From assembly GCA_963718525.1 (NCBI GenBank), contig OY970355.1, positions 640,001 through 704,000 of the forward strand: 64,000 nucleotides of DNA, written 5' to 3'. Shown here piece by piece: positions 9,845 to 20,720 of the stretch. This DNA comes from Candidatus Dormiibacterota bacterium (GTDB lineage: Bacteria > Chloroflexota > Dormibacteria > Aeolococcales > Aeolococcaceae). Numbering within the stretch: position 1 is the stretch's first letter; each line of letters opens with the position of its first letter. The notes beneath the pieces are model-generated. The model did not search any database, was not told where the DNA came from, and saw only the letters and a program-made list of their open reading frames with translations. The position numbers were made by a program, and so were the translations under genes.

Positions 9845-10717
9845 GTGAAGCACGATGCATTCCTTCCCAAACGCGCCTCGGTTGGATCGTTCGCGCCCGG
9901 AAGAGCAGCCGCAGCGCGTGCGGCGCGCAACAGCCCTGCAGTGAGGGCACTGGCCCGAGCGGGTCTCGCTGCTCGCGGACTCACTTACCTGATCATCGCC
10001 TCGATCGCGGCCCAAACTGCATTGGGTGGGACGGCTCAAAGCGCCGACCAGCATGGTGCGCTCGAGGATGTCGCATCGCGTCCCTTCGGTCGGGTGCTGC
10101 TCATTGCTATGGCTGCGGGCTTCGCTGCCTATGCACTCTGGCGTTGGTCCGTGGCTACCGTCGGCGGTGTCGGCGCTGGTGCAGAGTCTCGGGCCAAGCA
10201 GTGGGCTCAACGGCTCGGAGCGCTGGCGATGGGTTTCGTCTACGCGGGTCTTTGCATCAGCACCATTCTCGTGGTCACGGGTCGACCGACATCGTCGACC
10301 GCGCAACAGCAGCAAAGCGCGACCGCCCGGCTGCTTGCGCTCCCTTTCGGGCGTGTACTCGTGTTCGCCATCGGCGCCGGCATCGTCGTCGGCGGAGGCA
10401 TCGTTGTCTGGAGAGCGCTTACCCGAAGGTTCGAGAAGAAGCTGGCGACAGAGAAGTTGGGATCGCGGGTGCGACCTTGGGCGATCGGTTTCGGCATTGC
10501 GGGCAACGGCGCAGGGGGGGTCGTGCTCGCCCTGGTTGGGATCTTCTTGATCCAAGCGGTCGCTGCCAACAATGCTCGCGCTTCCAAGGGACTTGACCAG
10601 ACACTGCGCACCGTTGCTCACGCACCTTTTGGTCGTGTGCTGCTAGTCATCGTCACGGCCGGTCTGGTGGCTTATGGTCTGTACTCGTTCGTGGAGATGC
10701 GCTATAGACGGGTCTGA
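9845..10717 (+). CDS. DUF1206 membrane protein
   Basis: LARAGLAARG..Y, three PFGRVLL repeats, GLDQTL, GLVAYGLY..EMRYRRV; likely start GTG 9845. Confidence 0.88.
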   Translation: MKHDAFLPKRASVGSFAPGRAAAARAARNSPAVRALARAGLAARGLTYLIIASIAAQTALGGTAQSADQHGALEDVASRPFGRVLLIAMAAGFAAYALWRWSVATVGGVGAGAESRAKQWAQRLGALAMGFVYAGLCISTILVVTGRPTSSTAQQQQSATARLLALPFGRVLVFAIGAGIVVGGGIVVWRALTRRFEKKLATEKLGSRVRPWAIGFGIAGNGAGGVVLALVGIFLIQAVAANNARASKGLDQTLRTVAHAPFGRVLLVIVTAGLVAYGLYSFVEMRYRRV

Positions 10718-10935
10718 CGCCGGACCGCCCGGGCCGGCCGGCGGGGGATTGGCGCCCGACATCGTGATCCTGTGTTCTCACTGAACTTCGTCAGCCAGCG
10801 TCAAGGGCCATTAATGCTGGACGTCGGCGTGCGAACAGAGCCGACCCGCGCTTGCAAGCGGGCAAGGTGTAGCCGTGGGTACCGCCGGGTACTTCTTTAG
10901 CCGGGCCGCTCCGTCGGCCAAGATTCACCTGAGGA

Positions 10936-11208
10936 GTGACGGTGCCTGTTTTCCTTCGCTGGTTGCTCGTGGACATCATCGTTATACGTCTCTTGCGGCA
11001 TCGCCGACGCCGCCGCTATACGGATCGGTCCTACCCAGTGCGATCGCAGCAGTACAGCCGCTCGGCCGGGCGCGTCTACGGCCCAGCGGCCAGAAATTCC
11101 CGATATGCCCGCCGCAGACGGTTCTCGAGTTGCTCCGGTTGCCTGGTGCTGATCGCCGCCGTGACGCTCGGAATCGTCTTCTTGGGGATACTCGCGCACT
11201 GGGCGTGA
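10936..11208 (+). CDS. Small Arg-rich protein with a C-terminal transmembrane helix
   Basis: GAGGAG upstream; hydrophobic C-terminus GCLVLIAAVTLGIVFLGILAHWA. Confidence 0.5.
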   Translation: MTVPVFLRWLLVDIIVIRLLRHRRRRRYTDRSYPVRSQQYSRSAGRVYGPAARNSRYARRRRFSSCSGCLVLIAAVTLGIVFLGILAHWA

Positions 11209-11290
11209 TAGACATGACACGACATCCGCGATTGCGGCGAGGGGCACAGCTCGTAGCTCGCCACGCGACCCGTGTCCGCCGTGTTGGAGA

Positions 11291-11303
11291 TAATGCCAAA
11301 TTA
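11291..11303 (+). repeat. Junction motif copy TAATGCCAAATTA (exact)
   Basis: Identical at 27492 and 40288. Confidence 0.8.
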
Positions 11304-11539
11304 GCCGCTGCGACGTGTGGCCGTTGGCGAGCGTCGACAAGCGAAAGGAGGCCTTGCGTCCGGCAGCGAGAAGGAGACAGGACGCTTGATACCGCACGTA
11401 TACGCGATCAACTCAAAGCCATCTTTCGCAAATCCCGTGTCGCTGTTGCATAGGATCTTATTCCAGCCACGTAACGAGACGGTTCTATGTCCGACACCGT
11501 ACGGACGCGTGTCGCAGCTCGTTCGCACAGTCGTGGTGG

Positions 11540-12027
11540 CAGATGAACTCAAGAGTGCAGGACCCGTCGAGTGGAACGCAGTTCGCCGCGTTTCTCGGGG
11601 CGGGCTGGACGCAATCGTCGGCGTTGATACAGATGGGGCGATCGTTCTGGTCAATACAAGAGCCGGGTCGCTCATTAGTTACAGCCGAAACGAACTGCTC
11701 GGCCGCCCCGCAGACATCCTTGTGCCAGACGGCGTTCGAGGGGTCCACCCCGCCCATCGTGCGTCGCACCTCCGAAACCCGCAAAGGCGGCCGATGGGTG
11801 CCGGCATGGAGCTAGCCGGCGGGAGGATGGATGGAAGGGAGTCTCGCGCCGAAATCTCGTTGGCATCGATCGAGTTCGACGGCCGGCGCATCGTCTCCGC
11901 CGCGATTCGGGACGTCAGCGAACGCAAGCGCGCCGAGGCCAAGTTTCGAGGCCTTCTCGAGGCTGCTGCGCGAACTGTGTCGCAGCGACGTGGGAGTGCA
12001 CACTCGTCAGGTTGCAAGTGTGTCTAG
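11540..12027 (+). pseudogene. Degenerate PAS-domain sensor fragment
   Basis: DAIVGVD..GAIVLVN...LLGRPADILVP...RPMGAGMEL.G...AEISL...AAIRDVSERKRAEAKFRGLLEAA, breaking off at the start of a second PAS. Confidence 0.75.
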
Positions 12028-12090
12028 AGTGACGACGCTCCTGCCCAACGTCACGCAACAGGTGGGCACCGGTAGCGCGAGTACGGTGGC

Positions 12091-13533
12091 GTGTTGACGT
12101 GCGACAGTGCCGACCCCGTCGTTGAGCTGGTAGATACCTGCCGGCATGCGGTTGACTTGGAGTTGACCGCCGAGGCAATTCCGCACATCGTGTGGATGAC
12201 GGGGCCCGACGGCCTGACGGAATACTTCAATCGGCGTGGCACTGACTACACCGGCCTGCCAGCGAGCGCCAACTACGGCTGGGAGTGGGTGAATCTCATT
12301 CACCCCGACGACGCGGACAGCGCCCGGCGGGGCTGGGGGCATGCAATTCGGACCCAGACGTCATTCCGGATGGAGTATCGGATCCGACGCTACGACGGCG
12401 AATTCCGCTGGCACGCGTTCCGCGGCGACCCTCTTCTCGATCCTAATGGGCATGTAATCAAGTGGATCGGGACTGCCACCGACATCGAGGACGCGAGACG
12501 AGCACAGCGCTCACTGGAGCGCTCAGAGCGGGAGGCAGCCGAGCTTGCAACGTTGCTTGACACACTCCAGGAGACAGCTCCGATCGGGATTGGCTTCGTC
12601 GACCGCGACTTCCGCCTGATCCGCGTCAACGCCGCCCTCGCCGAGGTGAACGGCGCGTCGGCGGAGTCGCACGTCGGCCGACTGGTGAGTGACGTGATCC
12701 CCGAAATCTGGCCGAAGGTGGCTTCGCTGTACCACCACGTGCTCGACACCGGCGAACCTGTCGTTAACCAAGAGGTCAGCGGTCTCACCGCAAGCGATCC
12801 CAGCCGTTCCCACCATTGGCTGACGAGTTACTATCCAGTCCCCCTCGGCGGCGAGATCATCGGAATCGGGATCATCGTCGTGGACGTCACTGAGCGCAAG
12901 GAGGCCGACGAGGCGCGCGACCGGCTCACCCATGCCGCCGTGGCGGCTATGGCCGCCACCGTGGAGGCGAAGGATCCGTACACGGCGGGCCACGAGTTCC
13001 GGGTCGCCGATATCTCCGCAGCCATCGCCCGCGACCTCGGGCTTCGCGAGTTCGATATCGAGGGCATCACACTTGCCGCGCAGATCCATGATCTCGGCAA
13101 GATCGGCGTCCCGGCAGAGATTCTTGCCCGCCCCGGTCAGCTACGCGCAGCCGAGTTCGACCTCGTCCGCACGCATTCTCAAATCGGATTTGACATCGTC
13201 AAGGGCATCGACTTCCCCTGGCCTGTGGCCGAGATGATCCTGCGCCACCACGAGCGCTGCGACGGCAGTGGTTACCCGGACGGACTCCGGGGGAACAAGA
13301 TCGTCCTCGGAGCTCGCATTATCGCCGTCGCCGACACGGTGGAGGCGATGGCGTCACACCGGCCCTACCGCGCAGCCCTCGGGCTCGATGCGGCGCTCGC
13401 TCAGATTCAGGATGGGAGAGGAACTCTTTTCGATGCGGACGTTGTCGACGCGTGTGTCACGCTCTTCCGAACAGGGAGGCTCAGCCTCGGTGAGCGACTC
13501 AATGCAACCGCAGTGCGGCGGCCAGCGCCGTGA
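12091..13533 (+). CDS. PAS-PAS-HD-GYP c-di-GMP phosphodiesterase
   Basis: IHPDD PAS; KDPYTAGH, HDLGK, HHERCDGSGYP and HRPYR motifs. Confidence 0.93.
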   Translation: MLTCDSADPVVELVDTCRHAVDLELTAEAIPHIVWMTGPDGLTEYFNRRGTDYTGLPASANYGWEWVNLIHPDDADSARRGWGHAIRTQTSFRMEYRIRRYDGEFRWHAFRGDPLLDPNGHVIKWIGTATDIEDARRAQRSLERSEREAAELATLLDTLQETAPIGIGFVDRDFRLIRVNAALAEVNGASAESHVGRLVSDVIPEIWPKVASLYHHVLDTGEPVVNQEVSGLTASDPSRSHHWLTSYYPVPLGGEIIGIGIIVVDVTERKEADEARDRLTHAAVAAMAATVEAKDPYTAGHEFRVADISAAIARDLGLREFDIEGITLAAQIHDLGKIGVPAEILARPGQLRAAEFDLVRTHSQIGFDIVKGIDFPWPVAEMILRHHERCDGSGYPDGLRGNKIVLGARIIAVADTVEAMASHRPYRAALGLDAALAQIQDGRGTLFDADVVDACVTLFRTGRLSLGERLNATAVRRPAP

Positions 13534-13904
13534 GGTCATCAAAACCGTAGACGTCCTCGTCTATAGGTGTTGGCGAGGTTGCGCAACCGGTGGCCGCTTC
13601 TAGGGAGCGCCGAAGGGCCTAGGCCGCGTCCGGAAACGTCCCTTGAAGGCGTGCTCCCGGATAAGGCGAAGTGTTCGCTATGCGCCGGTGGGCTGGACGG
13701 GAACGTCCCACCGCGCGCAACCACAGCCGCTGTGAGCGTGACGGTCCACACAACTGCATGAAGGGTCAACGTCCCAGAGAGGCCAGGCAAGCGTGGTCGA
13801 GCTCGACGGCGTGAAGGATCTAACCCGACGACACACCATAGAAGGCAGAATCGCCTGCGCCACCTCCTGGCGTACGGGCTTATGCCCTGGGGCACAACCT
13901 GTGC

Positions 13905-13917
13905 TAATGCCACATTA
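13905..13917 (+). repeat. Junction motif copy TAATGCCACATTA (12/13)
   Basis: Lies between convergent genes (HD-GYP and the Ig/lectin protein). Confidence 0.7.
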
Positions 13918-14128
13918 CCTGATGCTACGTGCGACCGAAAAGACCGATGAAGGCTGCGATTTACGCTAGCATGATGCTGCCCCATCCGCCGACGCTACCC
14001 GGCAGATGGTGGGCAGTCTTGCGTTCACTCGCACTGACTGACTCACAGGCTTCGGCACCGAACACAACGTAAGGCGGTCATCCAGGCTGCAGGGGTAGCC
14101 CACGGTGCATGCTCGATAACAAGGCACC

Positions 14129-16846
14129 TCAACTCGGCTGCACGGCGTCCATCGTGACCGTGCAGAGTGCGGTGCTGTTGTGCGAGCTGACTGCGAGCCC
14201 TTGGAGCATGGGTCCGGAAACACTGAGAGTCACAGTCGAACCTGGGACGAGCGTCCACGTCGCGCCATCGGCCGACGTGTACGCTGTGAACGTCGTCCCG
14301 CTTCGCTCCACCCTGAGGTACGCCGGGACGGTGCCGGACACTGTGTCGATCCGGTTGTCCTGTCCTCCCTGCGCCGTGCGGTCCTGGACGACGATGCCCT
14401 GACCCGGAGTCACGAGCAGCATATAGGCAATCGCGCCAGGATCCGTGCTCGCACGGATCATCACTCCTGCCTTGGCCCAGGAGTTGGTGTCGGCCTGCGA
14501 GATCACGTGCGCGCTCATCGTGCCGCTGCCCGCAAGCGACTGGTAATCGAACTGGAACTGGTCGGCCGTGCCGTGGATATCGCTCCCCGCGCCCGCAATG
14601 GTCCATGTGCCGCCGCTGGACGTTGCGCTGCCCGCAACTGCAGGGCTGCCGATGTCCTGGCATGTCCATCCGCTGGGGCACGTGGGCGGCGGGGGACCCG
14701 ACGTGCCATTGACGACGACATTGTCCATGTCAACGCTGCTCAGCACGGCATTCGTGTGTGCTGTCACGGCAAGACCTTCGAAGGCGTTGGAAGGCATGGT
14801 CAGCGTCTTGGTAGATCCCGGGATCAATGTCCACGTCATCCCGTCTGTGGACGTGTATGCCGTGTAGGTGCTCCCAGCGCGGGCGACCTTGAGATACGTG
14901 GGTACTACCCCACCAACCTTGACCGTGCTCGTGGTACCTCCGGTCGCGGTCCGATAGGCGACGAGGATGCCATTGCCGGGTGTGAGCAGAGCCGAATACT
15001 CAACCGACCCGGGGTCGGTGCTCGCGCGCAGCATCACGCCCGTCTTCGCCCATGCGTTGGTGTCGGTCTGCGATGTGACGTGGGCGCTGATGTTGCCGTT
15101 ACCGGTCAACGTCTGCGCCGCGAAGAAGAACTGGTCGCCCGTGCCGTTGATATCGTTGCCGTCGCCTTGGAGAGTCCAGGCGCCGCCGGGACTCATAAGG
15201 GCACTGCCGGGTGCTGAGACAGCCCCGATATCGCCACACATCCATGGCGACGGACAGGGGATCGGTAGCGGCGCCGGCGGTTGGCTCAGTGTCAGCGCTG
15301 TGGAGTCGAATGTCGCGGTGCTGGTCGACGCACTGGTGTCGGATGCGACGGCGAAGCCAACCAAAGGCGTCGGGCCGAGCGCTGGACTCGCCGACGATCC
15401 GGCCAGCGGCTGCCAGAAGGAACCATCCGTTGACGTATAGGTTGTGAACGTCCCCCCGGAGCTCGCGATCCAGAGGTATGCGGGCGGCGACCCGCCCGTG
15501 GTGGTCAGCAGTGTCGTCTCACTGCCCTGCGAGGCACGGTCGAGAACTTCGAGTCCACCACCCGGCGTCGTGACCGCCCCATAGAACGGCGAACCCGGGT
15601 CCGTCGTCGCGCGGATGATGAGGCCGGCCTGTGCGCCAGTGCTGGCGCTGGTCTGCGATGCGAGGCGCGCGGTGACGCCGGTCCCCGCTGGCAGGGTCTG
15701 CGACAGAAGGTCGAACGAATCGCTGGTGCCGCCAAGGCCGGTCCCGCCACCGTTAATGGTCCATGTTCCTGTGCTGGTTGAGAAGGATTGGCTCCCAACC
15801 GTCGACGGGCTCCCGATATCGGCACCGCTCCATCCGCTCGCGGAGTCGTCAGTCCACATCACCCGGCTCTGGTTCGACACGAATGGGTTCGCGTCGGAGG
15901 CGACGGTGGCGACGACGACATCCTCGCCCTGCCCGGTGCCCACGTAGGAGAACGATGCCCGTCCGTTTGTATCGGTTGTTCCGCTGCCGCTCTGTCCCGC
16001 ATCGGGGCCGCTGATCACCTTGAACGTAACCTGAGCGTTGGGCAGGGCAAAACCGCTGCCGTCAAGCACGGCGGCTGTCTCGGTGACCGGCTGGCCGCCG
16101 AAGATCGTTGCCATGTTTGGGCTGAGTGTTACGGCGGCGTTGTCGGTGGCGGTGGAGCCGATTCGCCGCCACTGGATCGACTCATTCCGGCCTGCGGGGC
16201 AGGCGCCCGAGTCGATGCCGCCCGTGTCGATCACGTGCGTGGCGTCGGTCAGAGTCGTTACCACACCGGCGATCGTGAACGCCACGGTGGGCGCACCGGG
16301 CAGCGGCGTGCAGTTGCCATGCGGTGTGTCGCTGCTGTCGAAATTGTCGTACTTGGGATTGTCGCCGGATGGATTCTCGGCCAGGATGACGCTCTTTCCC
16401 GCCGGCACGGTGAACGAGCCCCAGAGGTTGTACGTCTGCCCGCCCGTTTCACCGGGTCGCACGGCGACGCTAACGTTGCTCACGACGACCGCCGTGGGTC
16501 CGGGGTTGTCGAGACGCACAGCCCCCGTGTCGTAGCACTGCGTGACCGATCCGCACTCGGCGGACTGTGGACTCGTGTTTCCGATAAAGATCGTGTTTGG
16601 CGACCCGTTCCACGGAACGGGAAACGCCGCGGACGGCGTCGGGCTATCTCCGACGTTCTCGGCATATCCGACGGATACGGTCAGCCCGTCCACGGACGAC
16701 ACGGTTCCGGCGGCGGCGGCTCGAAGCGGCGATGCGATCCCGACCCCGACGGTAGCGAAGACAGCAAAGCCCGTCCCAAGGGTCGCGAGAGATTGTCTCC
16801 AGCCCCTTCGCTGCATGTCAGTCCCCCCTGCACCGCTCTCCATCAC
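14129..16846 (-). CDS. Secreted protein with a Big-1 Ig-like domain and three ConA/DUF1349-like beta-sandwich repeats
   Basis: Signal peptide; VTF...G.TDTNGRASFSY Ig motif; three W...DIG...WT..G.G...AKAG.M.R...PG...YTS.DG..W..GLAV repeats. Confidence 0.85.
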   Translation of the reverse strand: MMESGAGGTDMQRRGWRQSLATLGTGFAVFATVGVGIASPLRAAAAGTVSSVDGLTVSVGYAENVGDSPTPSAAFPVPWNGSPNTIFIGNTSPQSAECGSVTQCYDTGAVRLDNPGPTAVVVSNVSVAVRPGETGGQTYNLWGSFTVPAGKSVILAENPSGDNPKYDNFDSSDTPHGNCTPLPGAPTVAFTIAGVVTTLTDATHVIDTGGIDSGACPAGRNESIQWRRIGSTATDNAAVTLSPNMATIFGGQPVTETAAVLDGSGFALPNAQVTFKVISGPDAGQSGSGTTDTNGRASFSYVGTGQGEDVVVATVASDANPFVSNQSRVMWTDDSASGWSGADIGSPSTVGSQSFSTSTGTWTINGGGTGLGGTSDSFDLLSQTLPAGTGVTARLASQTSASTGAQAGLIIRATTDPGSPFYGAVTTPGGGLEVLDRASQGSETTLLTTTGGSPPAYLWIASSGGTFTTYTSTDGSFWQPLAGSSASPALGPTPLVGFAVASDTSASTSTATFDSTALTLSQPPAPLPIPCPSPWMCGDIGAVSAPGSALMSPGGAWTLQGDGNDINGTGDQFFFAAQTLTGNGNISAHVTSQTDTNAWAKTGVMLRASTDPGSVEYSALLTPGNGILVAYRTATGGTTSTVKVGGVVPTYLKVARAGSTYTAYTSTDGMTWTLIPGSTKTLTMPSNAFEGLAVTAHTNAVLSSVDMDNVVVNGTSGPPPPTCPSGWTCQDIGSPAVAGSATSSGGTWTIAGAGSDIHGTADQFQFDYQSLAGSGTMSAHVISQADTNSWAKAGVMIRASTDPGAIAYMLLVTPGQGIVVQDRTAQGGQDNRIDTVSGTVPAYLRVERSGTTFTAYTSADGATWTLVPGSTVTLSVSGPMLQGLAVSSHNSTALCTVTMDAVQPS

Positions 16847-16937
16847 ATGGCGGGCCGCCCGTCAGTGTGGCAGCTTTGCGTGATGCAATACAATCTCGGC
16901 ATCTGAGGGATACAGGGGCGGGCGACCGGAGGGGATC

Positions 16938-19900
16938 ATGGGGGACGCCAACACTGGTGGGCAGTCGCGCGTCATTCGGTCACGCGCGCGGTCAGCCCCG
17001 AGAGGCAGGACGTCCGCGGCAATCGTCGCGGCATTCATCCTGGCGGCCGGGCTGTCCAGCTTCATCTCCGCCGCTCCCCTCGCACGAGCCTCGAGCCCAC
17101 CACCGCAACCCCCGACTGGATTTACACAGACCTTGGTTGCAAGCGGCTTGCCAAACCCGGTGGTGCTTGCCTTCGCGCCCAACGGCGATCTGTGGGTCGG
17201 ATGCCAGGGAGGTTCGATTCGCGTCCTGCACAACGGGGTACTCGAGCCGACGCCCGTGATCACACTGAACGTGGATTCGACCTCGGAACTCGGCCTGCTC
17301 GGCCTCGCGTTCGATCCGAGCTTCGCCACCGACGGCTATTTCTATGTCTCGTACACCGCGGCGAACAAGTTCACCAGGCTGTCTCGGTTCACAGCCGTCT
17401 CCGGGGTCGCCAGCGTGTCGAGCGAGAAGGTGTATGTCCAGGGGGCCCAGCAGCAGACCAACTTCGGCCCCGGTAACGACGTGATGGTGGGACCGAACGG
17501 AAAACTCTGGTGGTCGGTGGGCGGCAACCCATACCCGTGGGGGAACGCCCAGACACTCACCAACATCTACGGCAAGATCATCCGCCTCAATCTGGACGGC
17601 ACGGTGCCGGCGGATAACCCGTTCCTGGATGTCGTCGGCGCGGTCCCGGGTATCTACGCGTGGGGGCTTCGAAATCCCTTCCGCTTCACCTTCCTACCCG
17701 ACGGCAGGATGATGACCGCGGACACGGGGTCTAGCTTCTGGGAAGAGATGGACCGGATTCAGCCGGGGGCCAACTACGGATGGCCGGTGGTCGAAGGCAA
17801 CTGCGGCAGCTGCGGATACGTCAATCCCGTGTACGCGTACGGGCATCTGCCCACCGACGCCGCTGAGTCCGCGATCCTCGCGTACAACGGCGCCGGAACC
17901 AGTCATCCACTTCCGAGCAGCTACGACCACACGGTCTTCTTCGGCGACTACAACCGCCAGGACATCGAAGCCGTGACGTTCGACCCCACCTACCAGACCG
18001 AGACGTCCGATAGCGTCTTCGATACCAACGCCGGCACAATCTCGGACCTCATCGAGGGTCCCGACGGCAGTCTGTACTACCCAGCGATCTACGAAGGCGA
18101 GGTATGGAAGATCAGCGCCTCGGGTCCTTTCACGCCGACGGCTTCGGCCGCGGCGAGTCCCAACGGCGGCCTGGCACCCATCTCCGTGCAGTTCTCATCG
18201 GCGGGCTCGGCCGATCCGTACGGTGCGACCCTCAGCTATTCCTGGAACTTCGGTGATGGATCGCCGGTCGTCCTCGTAGCCAACCCCACGCACACATACA
18301 CCGCCAACGGCACGTTTACGGCAACGCTGACGGTCAGCAACGGAACCTCCATCGCCGTCGCCACGACCAACGTCGTTGTCGGCCGGATGCCACCATCGGC
18401 GAGCATTGCGACGCCCGTAACAGGCTCGACATACAACGCAGGGAGCACCGTCGCGTTCAGCGGCACCGCAACGGATCCGGTTGATGGGACTCTGCCGGCG
18501 AGCGACTACGCATGGCAGGTGGACTTTTACAAGAACGGCGTTGCCCAGCCCTTCTACAACGCCGAGGTGCCGCATCCCTTCCTCGGACCACTGAGCGGCG
18601 AGACCAGTGGCTCCTTTGTCATCCCAGACGACGTATCCCAGGTACCAGGCTCGTTCTACCGCATCACGCTCACCGTGGTGAACTCGGCGGGCATCCCCAC
18701 GGTGGTGACGCGGGACATCCATCCGAACCTCACCAGCTGGACGGCCACCTCGAGCGTTGCAGGGGCCGGTTTCTTTGTCGACGGCATGTGGCAGACAGGA
18801 CCGGACAGCGTCACTGACGTCGTTGGCGTGCCGCACGTCCTCACGGGTTTGGGCTCGGCGCAGATCGTTGCTGGGCAGCGATACCGCTTCACGGGCTGGA
18901 CGGATGGCAGCGCGCTGAACGACGAGTTCACGAGCACTTCGGGCACCGCCACCTATTCGGCCGACTTCGATCCGGTGTCGAGCGCGCTGCCCTCAGGATG
19001 GACCTCCGCCGATGTCGGTGCTCCCTTGATGCCAGGTGAGACCGACTACTCGACGGCAACGTCATCGTTCTATTCGGACGGTGGAGGAATCGATATCGCC
19101 AATATCGGCGCCGCCGAGCAGTTCCACTTCACATATCAGACGCTGAATGGCGACGGCACCATCATCGCCCGCGTTAGGTACCAGACCGATTCGGACCCAT
19201 ACGCGAAGGCGGGTTTGATGATCAAGCAGTCCACAACCGCCGGCTCGCCGGAGGTGGCGTCGTTGATGACGCCGGACGTGAGCCCGAACACGCCCAACAT
19301 CAACGGTATCGGCTGCACACTGACCGACCCGGGCGCTGGATGCGATGCGCCGCTGGACCCGGTCACGCCGATGGTCGGACACGGCATTCGCTTCCAGGCC
19401 AGCAATGGCGCTGACGATGCGATCACGTCGCCGGCGACCCTTGCCGGTTTCACCGATCCCAACAAGTGGCTGAAGCTGCAGCGTGTGGGAAACACGTTTA
19501 CTTCATGGTTCTCGACCAATGGCGGCGCCTGGCAGTTGATCGGATCGACTACGGTGTCGATGAGCGGCCCCGTGCTGATCGGTGTCTTCGAGGACGGGCA
19601 TCAGAACCACCAGGTCACCACCGCCGTTTTCGACAATGTCCGGGTCATCCCTTCCAACGGCCCACCGCCTCCGGAGTGCCCCAGCGGGTGGACGTGCCAA
19701 GACATCGGCACCCCGGTGCTGTCGGGCAATGCCTCGGTGAGTGGCGGCGTCTGGACGATACAGGGCGCGGGCGATGACATTCACGGCACCGCCGACCAGT
19801 TTCAGTTCGACGATGAGGCGCTCGCGGGTAATGGCACGATCAGTGCCGAGGTCGAGACGCAGGGAGACACCAACGCTTGGGCGAAAGCCGGAGTGATGCT

Positions 19901-20234
19901 GCGCACAAGCACCGCGCCGGGCGCGATCGACTACGCGCTGTTGGTGAGTCCTGGTAAGGGCATTGTGGTCGAGGGCCGGACGACGACGGGGGGCAACAAC
20001 AACCGAATTGGTTCCACCGTTGCGTATAGCGGGCTGCCGGTGTTCCTCGAGGTGCAACGAAATGGGAGCACGTTCTCGGCGTATACCTCGACGAATGGGA
20101 CAACGTGGACGCTGGTCCCGGGATCGACGGTGACGGTAACGGTCACCGGGGGCATGCTGGAAGGGCTGGCGGTGACCTCGCATGATGCGGCCGCCCTCTC
20201 CACAGTGACCATGGGCTCGGTCGTCCCAAGCTGA
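16938..20234 (+). CDS. Secreted GSDH-like (PQQ sugar dehydrogenase fold) propeller + PKD + two ConA/DUF1349-like domains
   Basis: ELGLLGLAFDP, GKIIRLNLDG.VPADNPF, GLRNPFR, GANYGWP; PKD YSWNFGDGS; GGAGG RBS. Confidence 0.88.
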   Translation: MGDANTGGQSRVIRSRARSAPRGRTSAAIVAAFILAAGLSSFISAAPLARASSPPPQPPTGFTQTLVASGLPNPVVLAFAPNGDLWVGCQGGSIRVLHNGVLEPTPVITLNVDSTSELGLLGLAFDPSFATDGYFYVSYTAANKFTRLSRFTAVSGVASVSSEKVYVQGAQQQTNFGPGNDVMVGPNGKLWWSVGGNPYPWGNAQTLTNIYGKIIRLNLDGTVPADNPFLDVVGAVPGIYAWGLRNPFRFTFLPDGRMMTADTGSSFWEEMDRIQPGANYGWPVVEGNCGSCGYVNPVYAYGHLPTDAAESAILAYNGAGTSHPLPSSYDHTVFFGDYNRQDIEAVTFDPTYQTETSDSVFDTNAGTISDLIEGPDGSLYYPAIYEGEVWKISASGPFTPTASAAASPNGGLAPISVQFSSAGSADPYGATLSYSWNFGDGSPVVLVANPTHTYTANGTFTATLTVSNGTSIAVATTNVVVGRMPPSASIATPVTGSTYNAGSTVAFSGTATDPVDGTLPASDYAWQVDFYKNGVAQPFYNAEVPHPFLGPLSGETSGSFVIPDDVSQVPGSFYRITLTVVNSAGIPTVVTRDIHPNLTSWTATSSVAGAGFFVDGMWQTGPDSVTDVVGVPHVLTGLGSAQIVAGQRYRFTGWTDGSALNDEFTSTSGTATYSADFDPVSSALPSGWTSADVGAPLMPGETDYSTATSSFYSDGGGIDIANIGAAEQFHFTYQTLNGDGTIIARVRYQTDSDPYAKAGLMIKQSTTAGSPEVASLMTPDVSPNTPNINGIGCTLTDPGAGCDAPLDPVTPMVGHGIRFQASNGADDAITSPATLAGFTDPNKWLKLQRVGNTFTSWFSTNGGAWQLIGSTTVSMSGPVLIGVFEDGHQNHQVTTAVFDNVRVIPSNGPPPPECPSGWTCQDIGTPVLSGNASVSGGVWTIQGAGDDIHGTADQFQFDDEALAGNGTISAEVETQGDTNAWAKAGVMLRTSTAPGAIDYALLVSPGKGIVVEGRTTTGGNNNRIGSTVAYSGLPVFLEVQRNGSTFSAYTSTNGTTWTLVPGSTVTVTVTGGMLEGLAVTSHDAAALSTVTMGSVVPS

Positions 20235-20359
20235 CCCTGGCTGGGCAACCAGGGGGGACGACGACAACTCGTCGAGGCTGGCCACGTGCAGCTGCACTCA
20301 TCGAGAAGGTCTTTTTCAGGTCGGTTGGAGAGTCCTCTGGGCCGCGTCCGGACATTGAC

Positions 20360-20372
20360 CAATACGAAATTA
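20360..20372 (+). repeat. Junction motif copy CAATACGAAATTA, preceded by ATTGAC
   Basis: Near-identical to the 4588-4606 copy. Confidence 0.6.
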
Positions 20373-20720
20373 TTCGTTCTGGTCGCGGCGCCGGATGTTG
20401 GCGGTTCGCCTTCATCGCATCCGTCAACTCCATTTCCTCGATCATCAGCATCGGGTGGTTTCGGCTCTCGCCAATCTCGAAACGCCTCATCCGTTGGCAA
20501 GTTATGATCGGGGAGAGTCTGAGGAGGACGATGTGTACGGGTCGTGGTTAGTCGATCGCGCTGCCGCTCCCCAACGCTGCCTCAGGCCCCGAAGCACTCT
20601 TGGCTCACGACCTGCAACCCGGCGCGGCCATCCGGGGACCTGAGGTGGGCATCACCGCCTGGCTGACATCGTCTCCCAACCAACTGCTTGGGTTTTGCTA
20701 TTGCGAAGGAACACCGCGGC

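Noticed and set aside
11421-11432. ATCTTTCGCAAA repeated at 59690
   Set aside because: Only two copies, at inconsistent distances from the junction motif; may be chance.
13539-13985. Minus-strand 148-aa ORF
   Set aside because: No family recognised; spans the junction motif; at most a remnant.
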